Assembly: GCA_031374645.1 (NCBI GenBank)
Contig: JANMGN010000225.1
Location: 1 to 52,807 of the forward strand
Length of the DNA: 52,807 nucleotides
DNA from: Chitinophagales bacterium
GTDB taxonomy: Bacteria; Bacteroidota; Bacteroidia; Chitinophagales; Saprospiraceae
Direction of reading: 5' to 3'
Notes under the pieces: model-generated
What the model was told of the DNA's origin: nothing
Seen by the model: the letters and a program-made list of their open reading frames with translations, nothing else
Databases searched by the model: none
Shown here: one piece after another, positions 16,953-25,241 of the stretch
Layout: the number at the start of each line of letters is the position of its first letter
Numbering within the stretch: position 1 is the first letter of the stretch
Made by a program: the position numbers and the translations under genes

Positions 16953-17858
16953 ATGACAAATACATTTAAAGTTGGTTTCGCATTTAGTATGCTATGTATC
17001 GTTTGGGGAACGACTTATTTTGGTATCAGATACGCTATACAATACATACAGCCTTTTATGCTTTCTGGCTTGCGCCACGTGATTGCTGGTTTGGTGTTTC
17101 TTGCGATTAGCCTTTCTCGTGGCGAAAAATTACCTAAAATAGCAGTTTTAAAACAAGTTATTGTAATGGGCTTGCTACTTATAGTTGGAGGAAATGGATT
17201 GGTTTGTTGGGCAGAGCAATTTATTCCAAGTGCCTTGACTGCCATTATTTGCTCTCTTTCGCCCATTTTCATCACGCTGATGAGTTTGTTTTTTTTCAAA
17301 GGTTTTCGCATTACTTACAAGATAGTGATAGGCTTGCTTTTAGGCTTGTTTGGCATAGGTTTGATTTTTGCAAAAGACCTTTCTATTACATTTGATGGTA
17401 AAATTATTTTGGCATTATTGGTACTTTTGGTTGCTATTTTGTGTTGGGGCTTAGGCAGTATTTTATTGAAAAAAAATCCCTTGCCTATCAGTTTATTTAT
17501 GAGCCTTGGTTTGCAAATGCTAATCGCTGGTGTAATTAATATGCTGATTTCTAATGTTTTAGAAGACAATTCTAAATTATTAGAAACAAAAATAGAAGGA
17601 ATATTAGCACTATTGTATTTGGTAATTTTTGGCTCGCTGATTGGGTATAGTTGTTACCTTTATGTGTTGGGACATTACACGGCGGCTCGTATCTCGATAC
17701 ACAGTTATATCAATACGCTGATAGCGGTATTGGTTGGCTGGCTTGTTGGTGGAGAAACGATGAATGAATATATCATTTTAGGAACATTGATTGTTTTGAC
17801 AGGCTTGGTAATTGTGAATAGAGAATATGCAACATTAGCGAAATTGGCAGCAATTTAA
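16953..17858 (+). CDS. EamA/DMT-family transporter (10-TM drug/metabolite exporter superfamily)
   Basis: About 301 aa from the ATG at 16953 (the ORF-track TTG at 16926 is probably too far upstream). The protein shows two internally similar 5-TM halves and is hydrophobic throughout. The FAFSMLCIVWGTTYFGIRYA start is typical of EamA proteins. Confidence 0.8.
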   Translation: MTNTFKVGFAFSMLCIVWGTTYFGIRYAIQYIQPFMLSGLRHVIAGLVFLAISLSRGEKLPKIAVLKQVIVMGLLLIVGGNGLVCWAEQFIPSALTAIICSLSPIFITLMSLFFFKGFRITYKIVIGLLLGLFGIGLIFAKDLSITFDGKIILALLVLLVAILCWGLGSILLKKNPLPISLFMSLGLQMLIAGVINMLISNVLEDNSKLLETKIEGILALLYLVIFGSLIGYSCYLYVLGHYTAARISIHSYINTLIAVLVGWLVGGETMNEYIILGTLIVLTGLVIVNREYATLAKLAAI

Positions 17859-17888
17859 AACCTGAAATTTAGCTCAAACTAAAATATT

Positions 17889-19268
17889 ATGTCAAGTGTA
17901 AAAAAAATATTTGCTTGTAACAATTGTGGTGCGACTTCTCCAAAGTGGATGGGTAAATGCACGGACTGTGGCGAATGGAATACGTACCAAGAGGAGGTTA
18001 TTTTTAAAGTAACCAAACAAGAGGAAAAAGAAAAGGCTTGGAAGGCTTCTGGAACAAAAAAAGATGACCCAAAACCTTTGATTATTGGCGAAATACAAGC
18101 AAGTAACACGCAACGATTGGTCACGCCCGATGGCGAACTCAATCGGGTACTTGGTGGCGGTATCGTAAGTGGTTCGGTAGTTTTGGTAGGTGGTCAGCCA
18201 GGTATTGGTAAATCTACTTTGATGCTGCAATTGGCATTAAGGGTTGGTGTGAGAGTGCTGTATGTTTCGGGTGAAGAAAGTGAACAGCAGATAAAAATGC
18301 GTGCGGATCGTTTGGGAAGTAAGATGGCAGAATGTTATATTTTGACCGAAACTAATACCAATAAAATAATGCAGCAAGCGCAGCAGCTTGAGCCAGAATT
18401 GATAATTATAGATTCGATACAGACGCTTTCTTCTCCTAATATTGATAGCACACCAGGCTCTATTTCGCAGGTGAGAGAGTGTTCGGGCGACCTTCAACGC
18501 TTTGCCAAAGAAACCAATATTCCAATTTTTGTCATTGGTCATATTACCAAAGATGGTTCTATTGCTGGGCCTAAATTATTGGAACATATCGTAGATGCAG
18601 TGTTGCAATTTGAAGGAGATCAGCACTATACGTATAGAATTTTACGCACTATAAAAAATCGTTTTGGCTCTACGGACGAAATGGGTATTTATGAAATGCA
18701 AGCAAATGGATTGCGTGAAGTATCAAATCCTTCTGAATTGTTGCTTTCTCAAAAAGACGATGACCTTAGCGGAAGTGCCGTTTGCGCTACGATTGAAGGT
18801 ATGCGCCCGATGCTGATAGAAACGCAAGCATTGGTCACAAAAGCGGTTTATGGAACACCACAACGCTCGGCTACGGGTTTTGACCTACGTCGTTTGAGTA
18901 TGCTTCTGGCTGTTTTAGAAAAACGCTGTGGTTTTATGTTTGGACAAAATGACGTTTTTTTGAATATTGCAGGTGGTATCAGAGTAGATGATCCTGCAAT
19001 GGATTTAGCGATTGTGGCATCCCTGATTTCTTCATTAGAAGATATTGCAGTACCGAGTAATTTTTGTTTTGCTGGAGAGGTTGGTCTTTCGGGAGAAATT
19101 CGTGCGGTCAATCGGATTGATCAACGTATTCAAGAAGCCGACCGATTGGGTTTTAAAAGTATTTTTATTTCAAAATACAATGTAAAAGGATTGAATTTGG
19201 ATAAATACGGCATACAAGTACACACGATTGGAAAAATGGAAGAGCTGTATAATGCACTGTTTACTTAG
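17889..19268 (+). CDS. radA: DNA repair protein RadA/Sms
   Basis: 459 aa. It has an N-terminal C4 zinc finger (CNNCGATSPKWMGKCTDCGEWNT), a Walker A box (GGQPGIGKST), the RadA motif KNRFG, and a C-terminal Lon-protease-like domain (GEVGLSGEIRAV). Confidence 0.93.
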   Translation: MSSVKKIFACNNCGATSPKWMGKCTDCGEWNTYQEEVIFKVTKQEEKEKAWKASGTKKDDPKPLIIGEIQASNTQRLVTPDGELNRVLGGGIVSGSVVLVGGQPGIGKSTLMLQLALRVGVRVLYVSGEESEQQIKMRADRLGSKMAECYILTETNTNKIMQQAQQLEPELIIIDSIQTLSSPNIDSTPGSISQVRECSGDLQRFAKETNIPIFVIGHITKDGSIAGPKLLEHIVDAVLQFEGDQHYTYRILRTIKNRFGSTDEMGIYEMQANGLREVSNPSELLLSQKDDDLSGSAVCATIEGMRPMLIETQALVTKAVYGTPQRSATGFDLRRLSMLLAVLEKRCGFMFGQNDVFLNIAGGIRVDDPAMDLAIVASLISSLEDIAVPSNFCFAGEVGLSGEIRAVNRIDQRIQEADRLGFKSIFISKYNVKGLNLDKYGIQVHTIGKMEELYNALFT

Positions 19269-19272
19269 GTAC

Positions 19273-19317
19273 TATTTTATTTCTTTCGGGTCTTGAAAAC
19301 CCGAAAGAAATAAAATA
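19273..19317. terminator. 19-bp perfect palindrome, bidirectional terminator (radA / cyclase convergent junction)
   Basis: tattttatttctttcgggt (19273-19291), loop cttgaaa, then acccgaaagaaataaaata (19299-19317). Confidence 0.65.
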
Positions 19318-19325
19318 ACAACAAA

Positions 19326-20348
19326 CTACATCACACCTTTTCCTTCTCTGTAAACTGCCGTCAATACGACTTGTAAAACAGATTGCAAGGTAGATTTATC
19401 CAAATTCGCCAAATTATCGGCTGTCGTATGATGGTATTTTCCAAAACTACCATCGGGATTGCGATTGATAATGTCCACCATCGGGATACCAACTTGGTTC
19501 ACAAAATAATGGTCATCTGTAACAGGTTGTCCTTTTTCATCTACAAATAAATTAGAGTGACCCAATTCTTCTGCGATTTTCCAAAGTTTGTTTGTAATAA
19601 TTGGAGCGTACTGCATAGACACAGCCTCTTTGTCAAAACGAGCGTTTTTTGCGCCTGTCATATCAAAAAGAACGCCAAATCGAGCCATATAACTGCCTTT
19701 TGTTTTTGCCCAATATTGAGAACCCAAACACCAGTTTTCGGCAGCACCATTATTGTCGCCATAATCTTCAAGGTCAAAAAATACCAAATCAACGCCTACA
19801 TCACAAGGGTTATTTTGCATCAAACGAGCTATTTCGAGCAAAGAAGCAACGCCACTTGCACCATCATCCGCACTGTCAAAAGATTTTTTTTGCTTTGCAG
19901 GGTCGGTATCGCTATCCGCAAAAGGACGAGTATCCCAATGCGAAGCCAACATCACACGGCGGCTGTTCCCTGGATTTATTTTTCCAATAATATTTGTACC
20001 GTTTAAGGTAATCCCATTGTAGGATTTTTCTGTAAAATTTTGCTCTTCGACCGTTACACCGTAGCTTTTCAACTTTTTTATTATCCAGTTTTTACAAGCC
20101 TTATGCGCAGGTGTATTAGGAACACGAGGACCAAAAGCGACTTGTTTTGCTGTAAAAGCATAAATAGAATCGCCCGATGCTTGGGGAACTTCTACGTTCA
20201 CTACGGGCTTCGGTGTAGCAGGTTCTGTAACAACCGTAGGATTACGCTCAACCAAAGGCGAACAGCCTCCGATTTTTCCTATTGCTGGCAAAATCATCGC
20301 TGCAATGAGCGTGAAAATTAATATTTTGATTGCTAAACTTCTGTTCAT
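19326..20348 (-). CDS. Glutaminyl-peptide cyclotransferase-like M28-fold zinc lipoprotein
   Basis: 340 aa. The lipobox is ...AIGKIGGC. M28/QC metal-site blocks are present: MLASHWDTRP, SADDGASGVASLLEIAR, LVFFDLEDYG, WCLGSQYW, VLFDMTGAK and KYHHTTADN. The overall layout matches the animal-type glutaminyl cyclases of Bacteroidetes, as recalled from the Porphyromonas enzyme. A plain M28 aminopeptidase cannot be excluded by eye. Confidence 0.7.
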   Translation of the reverse strand: MNRSLAIKILIFTLIAAMILPAIGKIGGCSPLVERNPTVVTEPATPKPVVNVEVPQASGDSIYAFTAKQVAFGPRVPNTPAHKACKNWIIKKLKSYGVTVEEQNFTEKSYNGITLNGTNIIGKINPGNSRRVMLASHWDTRPFADSDTDPAKQKKSFDSADDGASGVASLLEIARLMQNNPCDVGVDLVFFDLEDYGDNNGAAENWCLGSQYWAKTKGSYMARFGVLFDMTGAKNARFDKEAVSMQYAPIITNKLWKIAEELGHSNLFVDEKGQPVTDDHYFVNQVGIPMVDIINRNPDGSFGKYHHTTADNLANLDKSTLQSVLQVVLTAVYREGKGVM

Positions 20349-20366
20349 TTTTTATTTTATTTTAAC

Positions 20367-21308
20367 CTAATTTTTATAAGGTGCTAAAGGTTTATCTATT
20401 ACTTCGCTTATTTTTTCTAAGTCAATTACGCTGCCTTCATTTTCATCAACGGTGTACATGGGAACAAATTTTTTCGCCCAACTTATATCATGTGATTGAT
20501 AAGAAATACTCGATTGTACTTGTTGTCCAAAATCTATATCGTGTGCTTTTACAAACACCAAAAACTCGGCTTTTATTGCCATCAAATCGTCAAAAGTTTT
20601 TCCGTACAGTAAACTTTCAGTTGTGATAGGATGTACGACCGTAAAATTCAAGGGAAAAAGCATAATTTTGCTTCTTTCCAAGGGCAATCCTTGAAAACGA
20701 CGTGTCATCAAACCGTCGGCACTTGTTTCTACCCAAGAAAAAGTAACTTGTACCTCTAAATCTATCAATTGTGAGCTTCTTTGATTGACCATGCGAAACA
20801 TCAAACCGTTGATGTCGTCTTTATAAGGCGAAAAAAGCATTTTTTCACTGTACATAATTTTTGAAACGGGACGTGTAAATTTGGCATAATACAAACCCGT
20901 TACCAAAGCAAAAATAAGTAAACCTATCAATGCTTCCACGGCTGCAATTGTATTTGACCAAAAGCAATTAGGAGAAATCGCTCCATAACCTACGGTTGTC
21001 AGCGTTTGTACACTAAAAAAGAAGCATTTTGTATATTGTGGATAAAAACTCGAAAAATACTCGCCACTAAGCGCATTTTCGCCAACTAAAACATATAAAA
21101 AAGCAAAGAACGCATTTACGACGGTATAAAAAGCAAAAATAACAGTATGAAATGCTGTCCAAGACATTTTTAACAAGGAATTGTAAGGATGCCATACAAA
21201 AGCTCCTTTTCGTTTTACACGAAATTTTCCATTTTTGTCCACCATTCGGTACGCTCCTACCAACTGAGTTCCTAAGCCTAAATCGTTGTCTAAATGTTGA
21301 TTTTTCAT
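20367..21308 (-). CDS. Inward-rectifier-type (KirBac-like) potassium channel
   Basis: 313 aa. It has two TM helices flanking a pore loop with the K+ selectivity filter TTVGYG (VQTLTTVGYGAISP). A beta-rich cytoplasmic C-terminal domain typical of IRK channels follows. Confidence 0.85.
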   Translation of the reverse strand: MKNQHLDNDLGLGTQLVGAYRMVDKNGKFRVKRKGAFVWHPYNSLLKMSWTAFHTVIFAFYTVVNAFFAFLYVLVGENALSGEYFSSFYPQYTKCFFFSVQTLTTVGYGAISPNCFWSNTIAAVEALIGLLIFALVTGLYYAKFTRPVSKIMYSEKMLFSPYKDDINGLMFRMVNQRSSQLIDLEVQVTFSWVETSADGLMTRRFQGLPLERSKIMLFPLNFTVVHPITTESLLYGKTFDDLMAIKAEFLVFVKAHDIDFGQQVQSSISYQSHDISWAKKFVPMYTVDENEGSVIDLEKISEVIDKPLAPYKN

Positions 21309-21415
21309 TTCATAAAGATTAAGGGAGTTTATAAAAAATAACTTAGTAGTGATTAAAAAATAACTTGTGTACTTTCATCACTTAAGTAGTTGGGCTAAGA
21401 TAATCATAATTTTTT

Positions 21416-21452
21416 AAAAAGGAAGTCGTTGTAAAATAACAACGTAACTTCC
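21416..21452 (-). terminator. Intrinsic terminator on the minus strand between kup and the K+ channel gene
   Basis: The minus-strand RNA reads GGAAGU-UA-CGUUG-(UUAUUUUA)-CAACG-ACUUCC followed by UUUUU (plus strand 21416-21420 = aaaaa). See the finding on a competing 14-bp helix. Confidence 0.55.
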
Positions 21453-21625
21453 TTGCAGTCAGTTACTTATGTTATTTTACAACGCCAAAAAAATTACTGA
21501 TTATTTCTATACGCCTATTTACTTACCAAGTCGGCTTATTATTTATTACAAATTCCCTAATTTCGAGCATTTTACAAAAATAAGATACAAAATACTTTGT
21601 AGCACTTTATATCTTATTTTTCAGA

Positions 21626-23605
21626 CTAATCTACCAAGCGTTGTATTTTAAATACCTCTTGCTCCTTTACTCTGATAGGATATTTTTCAACCATCAAATT
21701 TTCAGAAGTTAAATCGTAGTTTTCAGCTGCATTGATAGCAAACTGATTGATAAATTTGTAGATACGGACAGTCATTTTATCTACAAATGAAAGCGCATCA
21801 TCAAATGCCAACACTTTATCTGTAACAATGTATAAAAATGCAGGCGCAACATCGTGCTTTTTAAGGCTCGGATGTGGATTGGTCAAAGATATTTCTCCTT
21901 TTGCAGCCATATCTTCTACCACTTGTTTAAACATCACATTAATAGAAGGGTGTACACGGTAGCCCATATAAAAATCTATACGATACAATTTTTCTTCTAT
22001 CAAATGATGTACTTTATAGTTTATCGAATACGGCTCATCCGCAACGTGTATATTTATAAACCAATACGTTTGCGCACGTTTTGGCTGTTTGAAAATCATA
22101 GAATTTAAAACAGATTCTTCTATTTCGTCACGTCTATTGGCTTGTACCATATAAACGATGTGTGGCGCATACTCAGGAACGGTTTCGTCATTGCTCAAAT
22201 CCGTAATAAGATCAGAATAATTATTTATTTTGACGTATTTAATAGCTTTATTTCTAATACGTGAGGCACGATGATGAACAAACATCACTAAGAAAAAGAT
22301 ACAAGTTAAAAAGAGTGAAACCCATGCTCCATGAGTTAGTTTCAAGAGATTGGCATACATAAAACCACATTCAACAATGATAAATATAGCACCTATGATA
22401 CCGACTGTAAGAAGACTTTTATGTTTTATCCTGTGCCAAAATACCAACATAAGTGCAGTAGTAGCCAACATTGCTATTGTGATGGCAAGCCCGTAAGCCG
22501 CTTCCATTTTGGAAGATTCTTGGAAGTATAAAACGATGCCCAAACAACCAAAAAATAACATCCAGTTGATAGCAGGAATATACAACTGAGAGCGTTGCTC
22601 CGTAGGATACTGAATATCCAAACGATACCAAACCTTGAGTTTTACAGCTTCATTTATCAAAGAAAAAGAACCTGTTATCAAGGCTTGACTTGCAATAACG
22701 GTTGCCATAGTTGCGATAATAATCGCAGGAATCATAAACCATTCAGGTACGATTTCATAAAAAGGAATGCGTCCATTAAGCGTTGCGGTAGTACCTCTGC
22801 TTGCTGCTTCGGCTGCTGTTTTTAAGAGCCAAGCACCTTGTCCCATGTAGTTGCAAATGAGAGCGAAAATAACAAAAAACCAAGAAGCTCTGATGTTTTG
22901 CTTACCACAATGTCCCAAATCCGAGTACAATGCCTCAGCTCCTGTAACACAGAGAAACACCGCACCAATCAAAACCAGTGCTTTAGGATATTCCAAAATC
23001 AATTTGAATGCATAGTAAGGATTAATTGCAACCAGTACCTCTGGCATTTGTACAATATATCTTACGCCGAGCCAAATCAACATCGAAAACCAAATGACCG
23101 TCAGCGGCCCAAAGGTTTTCCCGACGACATCCGTTCCAAATTGCTGAAAAACAAAGAGTGCAAACAGTATCACAATGACAATTAATATAATAACTTCGTG
23201 GTGTAGGTCAGGTTTTATTTTGGTCAAACCTTCTACTGCCGAGGTCAGTGAAATCGCAGGTGTGATAATACCATCTGCCAAAAGTGCGCTACAACCAGCC
23301 ATCGCTACGTAAATCATCCATTTGGGACTTACACGACGGACTAAACTAAATAGCGCAAAAATTCCACCTTCTCCGTTGTTGTCAGCGGTAAGCGCAAGGA
23401 TGATGTATTTGAAAAATGCTTGTAAAAACAAAGTCCATATCACACAAGATAGACCGCCCAGAACGATTTGTTCCGTAATAACGTTATCGTCGATAATCGC
23501 ACGCATTACGTACAAAGGAGAAGTTCCAATATCTCCGTAAACGATACCCAATGTAATAATTACGCCCCAAAAACTTAGCGAATGACGGTTAGAATGACCA
23601 CTCAT
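21626..23605 (-). CDS. kup: KUP/HAK/KT-family potassium uptake transporter
   Basis: 659 aa. The family N-terminal signature is LGIVYGDIGTSPLYV. About 12 TM segments are followed by a soluble C-terminal domain of about 200 aa. Confidence 0.92.
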   Translation of the reverse strand: MSGHSNRHSLSFWGVIITLGIVYGDIGTSPLYVMRAIIDDNVITEQIVLGGLSCVIWTLFLQAFFKYIILALTADNNGEGGIFALFSLVRRVSPKWMIYVAMAGCSALLADGIITPAISLTSAVEGLTKIKPDLHHEVIILIVIVILFALFVFQQFGTDVVGKTFGPLTVIWFSMLIWLGVRYIVQMPEVLVAINPYYAFKLILEYPKALVLIGAVFLCVTGAEALYSDLGHCGKQNIRASWFFVIFALICNYMGQGAWLLKTAAEAASRGTTATLNGRIPFYEIVPEWFMIPAIIIATMATVIASQALITGSFSLINEAVKLKVWYRLDIQYPTEQRSQLYIPAINWMLFFGCLGIVLYFQESSKMEAAYGLAITIAMLATTALMLVFWHRIKHKSLLTVGIIGAIFIIVECGFMYANLLKLTHGAWVSLFLTCIFFLVMFVHHRASRIRNKAIKYVKINNYSDLITDLSNDETVPEYAPHIVYMVQANRRDEIEESVLNSMIFKQPKRAQTYWFINIHVADEPYSINYKVHHLIEEKLYRIDFYMGYRVHPSINVMFKQVVEDMAAKGEISLTNPHPSLKKHDVAPAFLYIVTDKVLAFDDALSFVDKMTVRIYKFINQFAINAAENYDLTSENLMVEKYPIRVKEQEVFKIQRLVD

Positions 23606-23751
23606 AATTGTATTTTTTTTAGCAGGTACTCAAATTAATAATTATTAATTTTGCCCAATAGTTTAAAATAGAGCCGTAAAAGTACCTATTCTTAATCTAA
23701 TAAGCAATGTTTTAGTATTCAAAATCTTTTCTTTTTTCTTCCCGCTTTTTT

Positions 23752-23759
23752 TACCTTTG
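23752..23759 (+). promoter_or_regulatory. Bacteroidetes -7 promoter motif (TAnnTTTG) upstream of the ABM-domain gene
   Basis: TACCTTTG lies 51 nt upstream of the ATG at 23810. Confidence 0.4.
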
Positions 23760-23809
23760 CAAAAATAAAAAACGCCATTTGGTAATTATTTGATAATCAA
23801 TACTTTACA

Positions 23810-24106
23810 ATGATAAAAAGAATTGTTAAACTCACTTTTAGGGAAAGTGAAATCGCAGCATTTGAAAAAATTTTTGAAGAAAGTAAAAATAAAATCAAAG
23901 CAAGAGAAGGCTGCCATCATGTAGAACTTTTGCAGAATGCTGACGCTCCTCACATTTTTTTTACTTTTAGCATTTGGGAAAATGAAGCAGCACTCGAAGC
24001 CTATCGAAACTCCGAACTTTTTATAAATACTTGGGCAAAAACGAAAATTTTATTCGCAGAAAAAGCGGCGGCGTGGACGGTCGTTTTGAAAAATGAAGCG
24101 GACTGA
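23810..24106 (+). CDS. Antibiotic-biosynthesis-monooxygenase (ABM) domain protein
   Basis: 98 aa. It has the ferredoxin-like ABM pattern (IVKLTFRE...GCHHVELLQN...FFTFSIWENEAALEAYRNSELF). It ends on TGA. Confidence 0.65.
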   Translation: MIKRIVKLTFRESEIAAFEKIFEESKNKIKAREGCHHVELLQNADAPHIFFTFSIWENEAALEAYRNSELFINTWAKTKILFAEKAAAWTVVLKNEAD

Positions 24107-24121
24107 AATATTCTAAGTCAT

Positions 24122-25240
24122 TTAAACTTTAAGTATTTTCTCCACTTCATAAATAGAATTTATTTTACCAGCAAAAAGGCAATAAAAATCTGGCGATTGA
24201 TTTAAGATAGCGATTTCGGTAGGTCGCCCGTCATCTATATGATTTGCTTTTAGTTTTGATTTTATAGTAAAAAAATTGGAGAAATAATTGAGCTGCACAC
24301 TGTCGCTTAGATATTGTTTTACCTGAGCCAACATTTTCTCTTTTGAAGAGAAAGGTTGTGCAGCGCAAGCATTGCAATTTGAAGTAAAATCGGGACGACA
24401 GTCCGTATTTATCTGCTGACAATCGAAGGTAGGAAGATTATCGTAACTCACTTTGTGATGCGTGTAAGCTACCGAAGAAAGCGACAAAAGTCCCGACAAC
24501 CCATAAGGCATCATAGAAGCAAACTGACCATCCATAATAGTAATTCCTTTGCCTTCAAACTGCGGCGAACTCACAAAGCACATCTCTGAAATCTCGTGCA
24601 TCAGGTGAATATCGCTCAATCCAAACAAGCGATTTATGGTATTACTTGCAGTATAAGTGGCATTTATGACCGATGGCGCAGCGAGTTTTTTATCTGTTAA
24701 AAAAACTTGCCACAAGTCATTTTCTTTTGTAACTTTATTTATTTTTTCGTTTAAAAAAATTGTAATATTTTGATTGTCAAATAGTTGTGATTTGTAATAG
24801 TTTGCAATTAGAATTGGGTCAAAACTGTATTCTTCTGTGAGATACAAGGCTTCGAGCCTATCGTAATTAAACAAATGATGATTTTCTACTTTTTCACATT
24901 TGATATTGACATAATCGCAAAAACGCTCAAATTGTTTGGCATCTGTAAAAGAAGCAAACCTATCTATGGCGTAATATTTTTCAAAAGAAAAATTTATAAA
25001 ATCACGATGTTCAGCTGTAAATCTTGTTTTGTTTTCATCTGACATCAAGGCAGTTGCAATACTACGTGGATAGTGATAACCTCCGTGCAAACGTGCTTGA
25101 TTGACAATACTCGCCTTACTAAAAAGAGTAGCTTCCTTCTCGATTAAAGCTACTTTTTTTCCTTTTCGAGCCAAATAAAGTGCCGAATACGAACCAAAAA
25201 TCCCGCCACCAATAATTATATAATCAAAATTTTCAGTCAT
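24122..25240 (-). CDS. FAD-dependent oxidoreductase (DAO/GR2-type Rossmann N-terminus), substrate unknown
   Basis: 372 aa. It has an N-terminal dinucleotide-binding motif DYIIIGGGIFGSYSALYLARKGKKVALIEK. Its start is 1 nt after the stop of the upstream TMTC-like gene (TAA-A-ATG), so the two are translationally coupled. Confidence 0.7.
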   Translation of the reverse strand: MTENFDYIIIGGGIFGSYSALYLARKGKKVALIEKEATLFSKASIVNQARLHGGYHYPRSIATALMSDENKTRFTAEHRDFINFSFEKYYAIDRFASFTDAKQFERFCDYVNIKCEKVENHHLFNYDRLEALYLTEEYSFDPILIANYYKSQLFDNQNITIFLNEKINKVTKENDLWQVFLTDKKLAAPSVINATYTASNTINRLFGLSDIHLMHEISEMCFVSSPQFEGKGITIMDGQFASMMPYGLSGLLSLSSVAYTHHKVSYDNLPTFDCQQINTDCRPDFTSNCNACAAQPFSSKEKMLAQVKQYLSDSVQLNYFSNFFTIKSKLKANHIDDGRPTEIAILNQSPDFYCLFAGKINSIYEVEKILKV

Positions 25241-25241
25241 T

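Noticed and set aside
19557-20006. Long antisense ORFs opposite well-supported genes. They are 19557..20006 and 19649..19990 (opposite the cyclase); 35477..35830, 36325..36729, 37087..37419 and 37211..37627 (opposite the RND pump); 47749..48135 (opposite priA); 49472..49819 (opposite dprA); and 52364..52714 (opposite ATP-grasp 2).
   Set aside because: All lie fully inside genes with strong family signatures on the other strand. Their translations are low-complexity or Cys/Arg/His-rich with no recognisable motif, and they lack promoter motifs. They are typical shadow ORFs.
20367-23605. Treating the adjacent kup and KirBac-like genes as a novel dedicated 'K+ module' or island.
   Set aside because: Both are common stand-alone chromosomal genes, are separated by a terminator-like hairpin, and have no mobile-element flanks. 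Only the structured spacer between them is retained as a finding.
23606-23809. A possible c-di-AMP (ydaO/kimA-type) or other riboswitch upstream of kup.
   Set aside because: The 204-nt spacer is AT-rich and lacks the GC-rich paired helices and conserved ACGGGGA/CCCG-type cores of that class. It more simply holds divergent promoters, and a TACCTTTG motif for the ABM gene is present.
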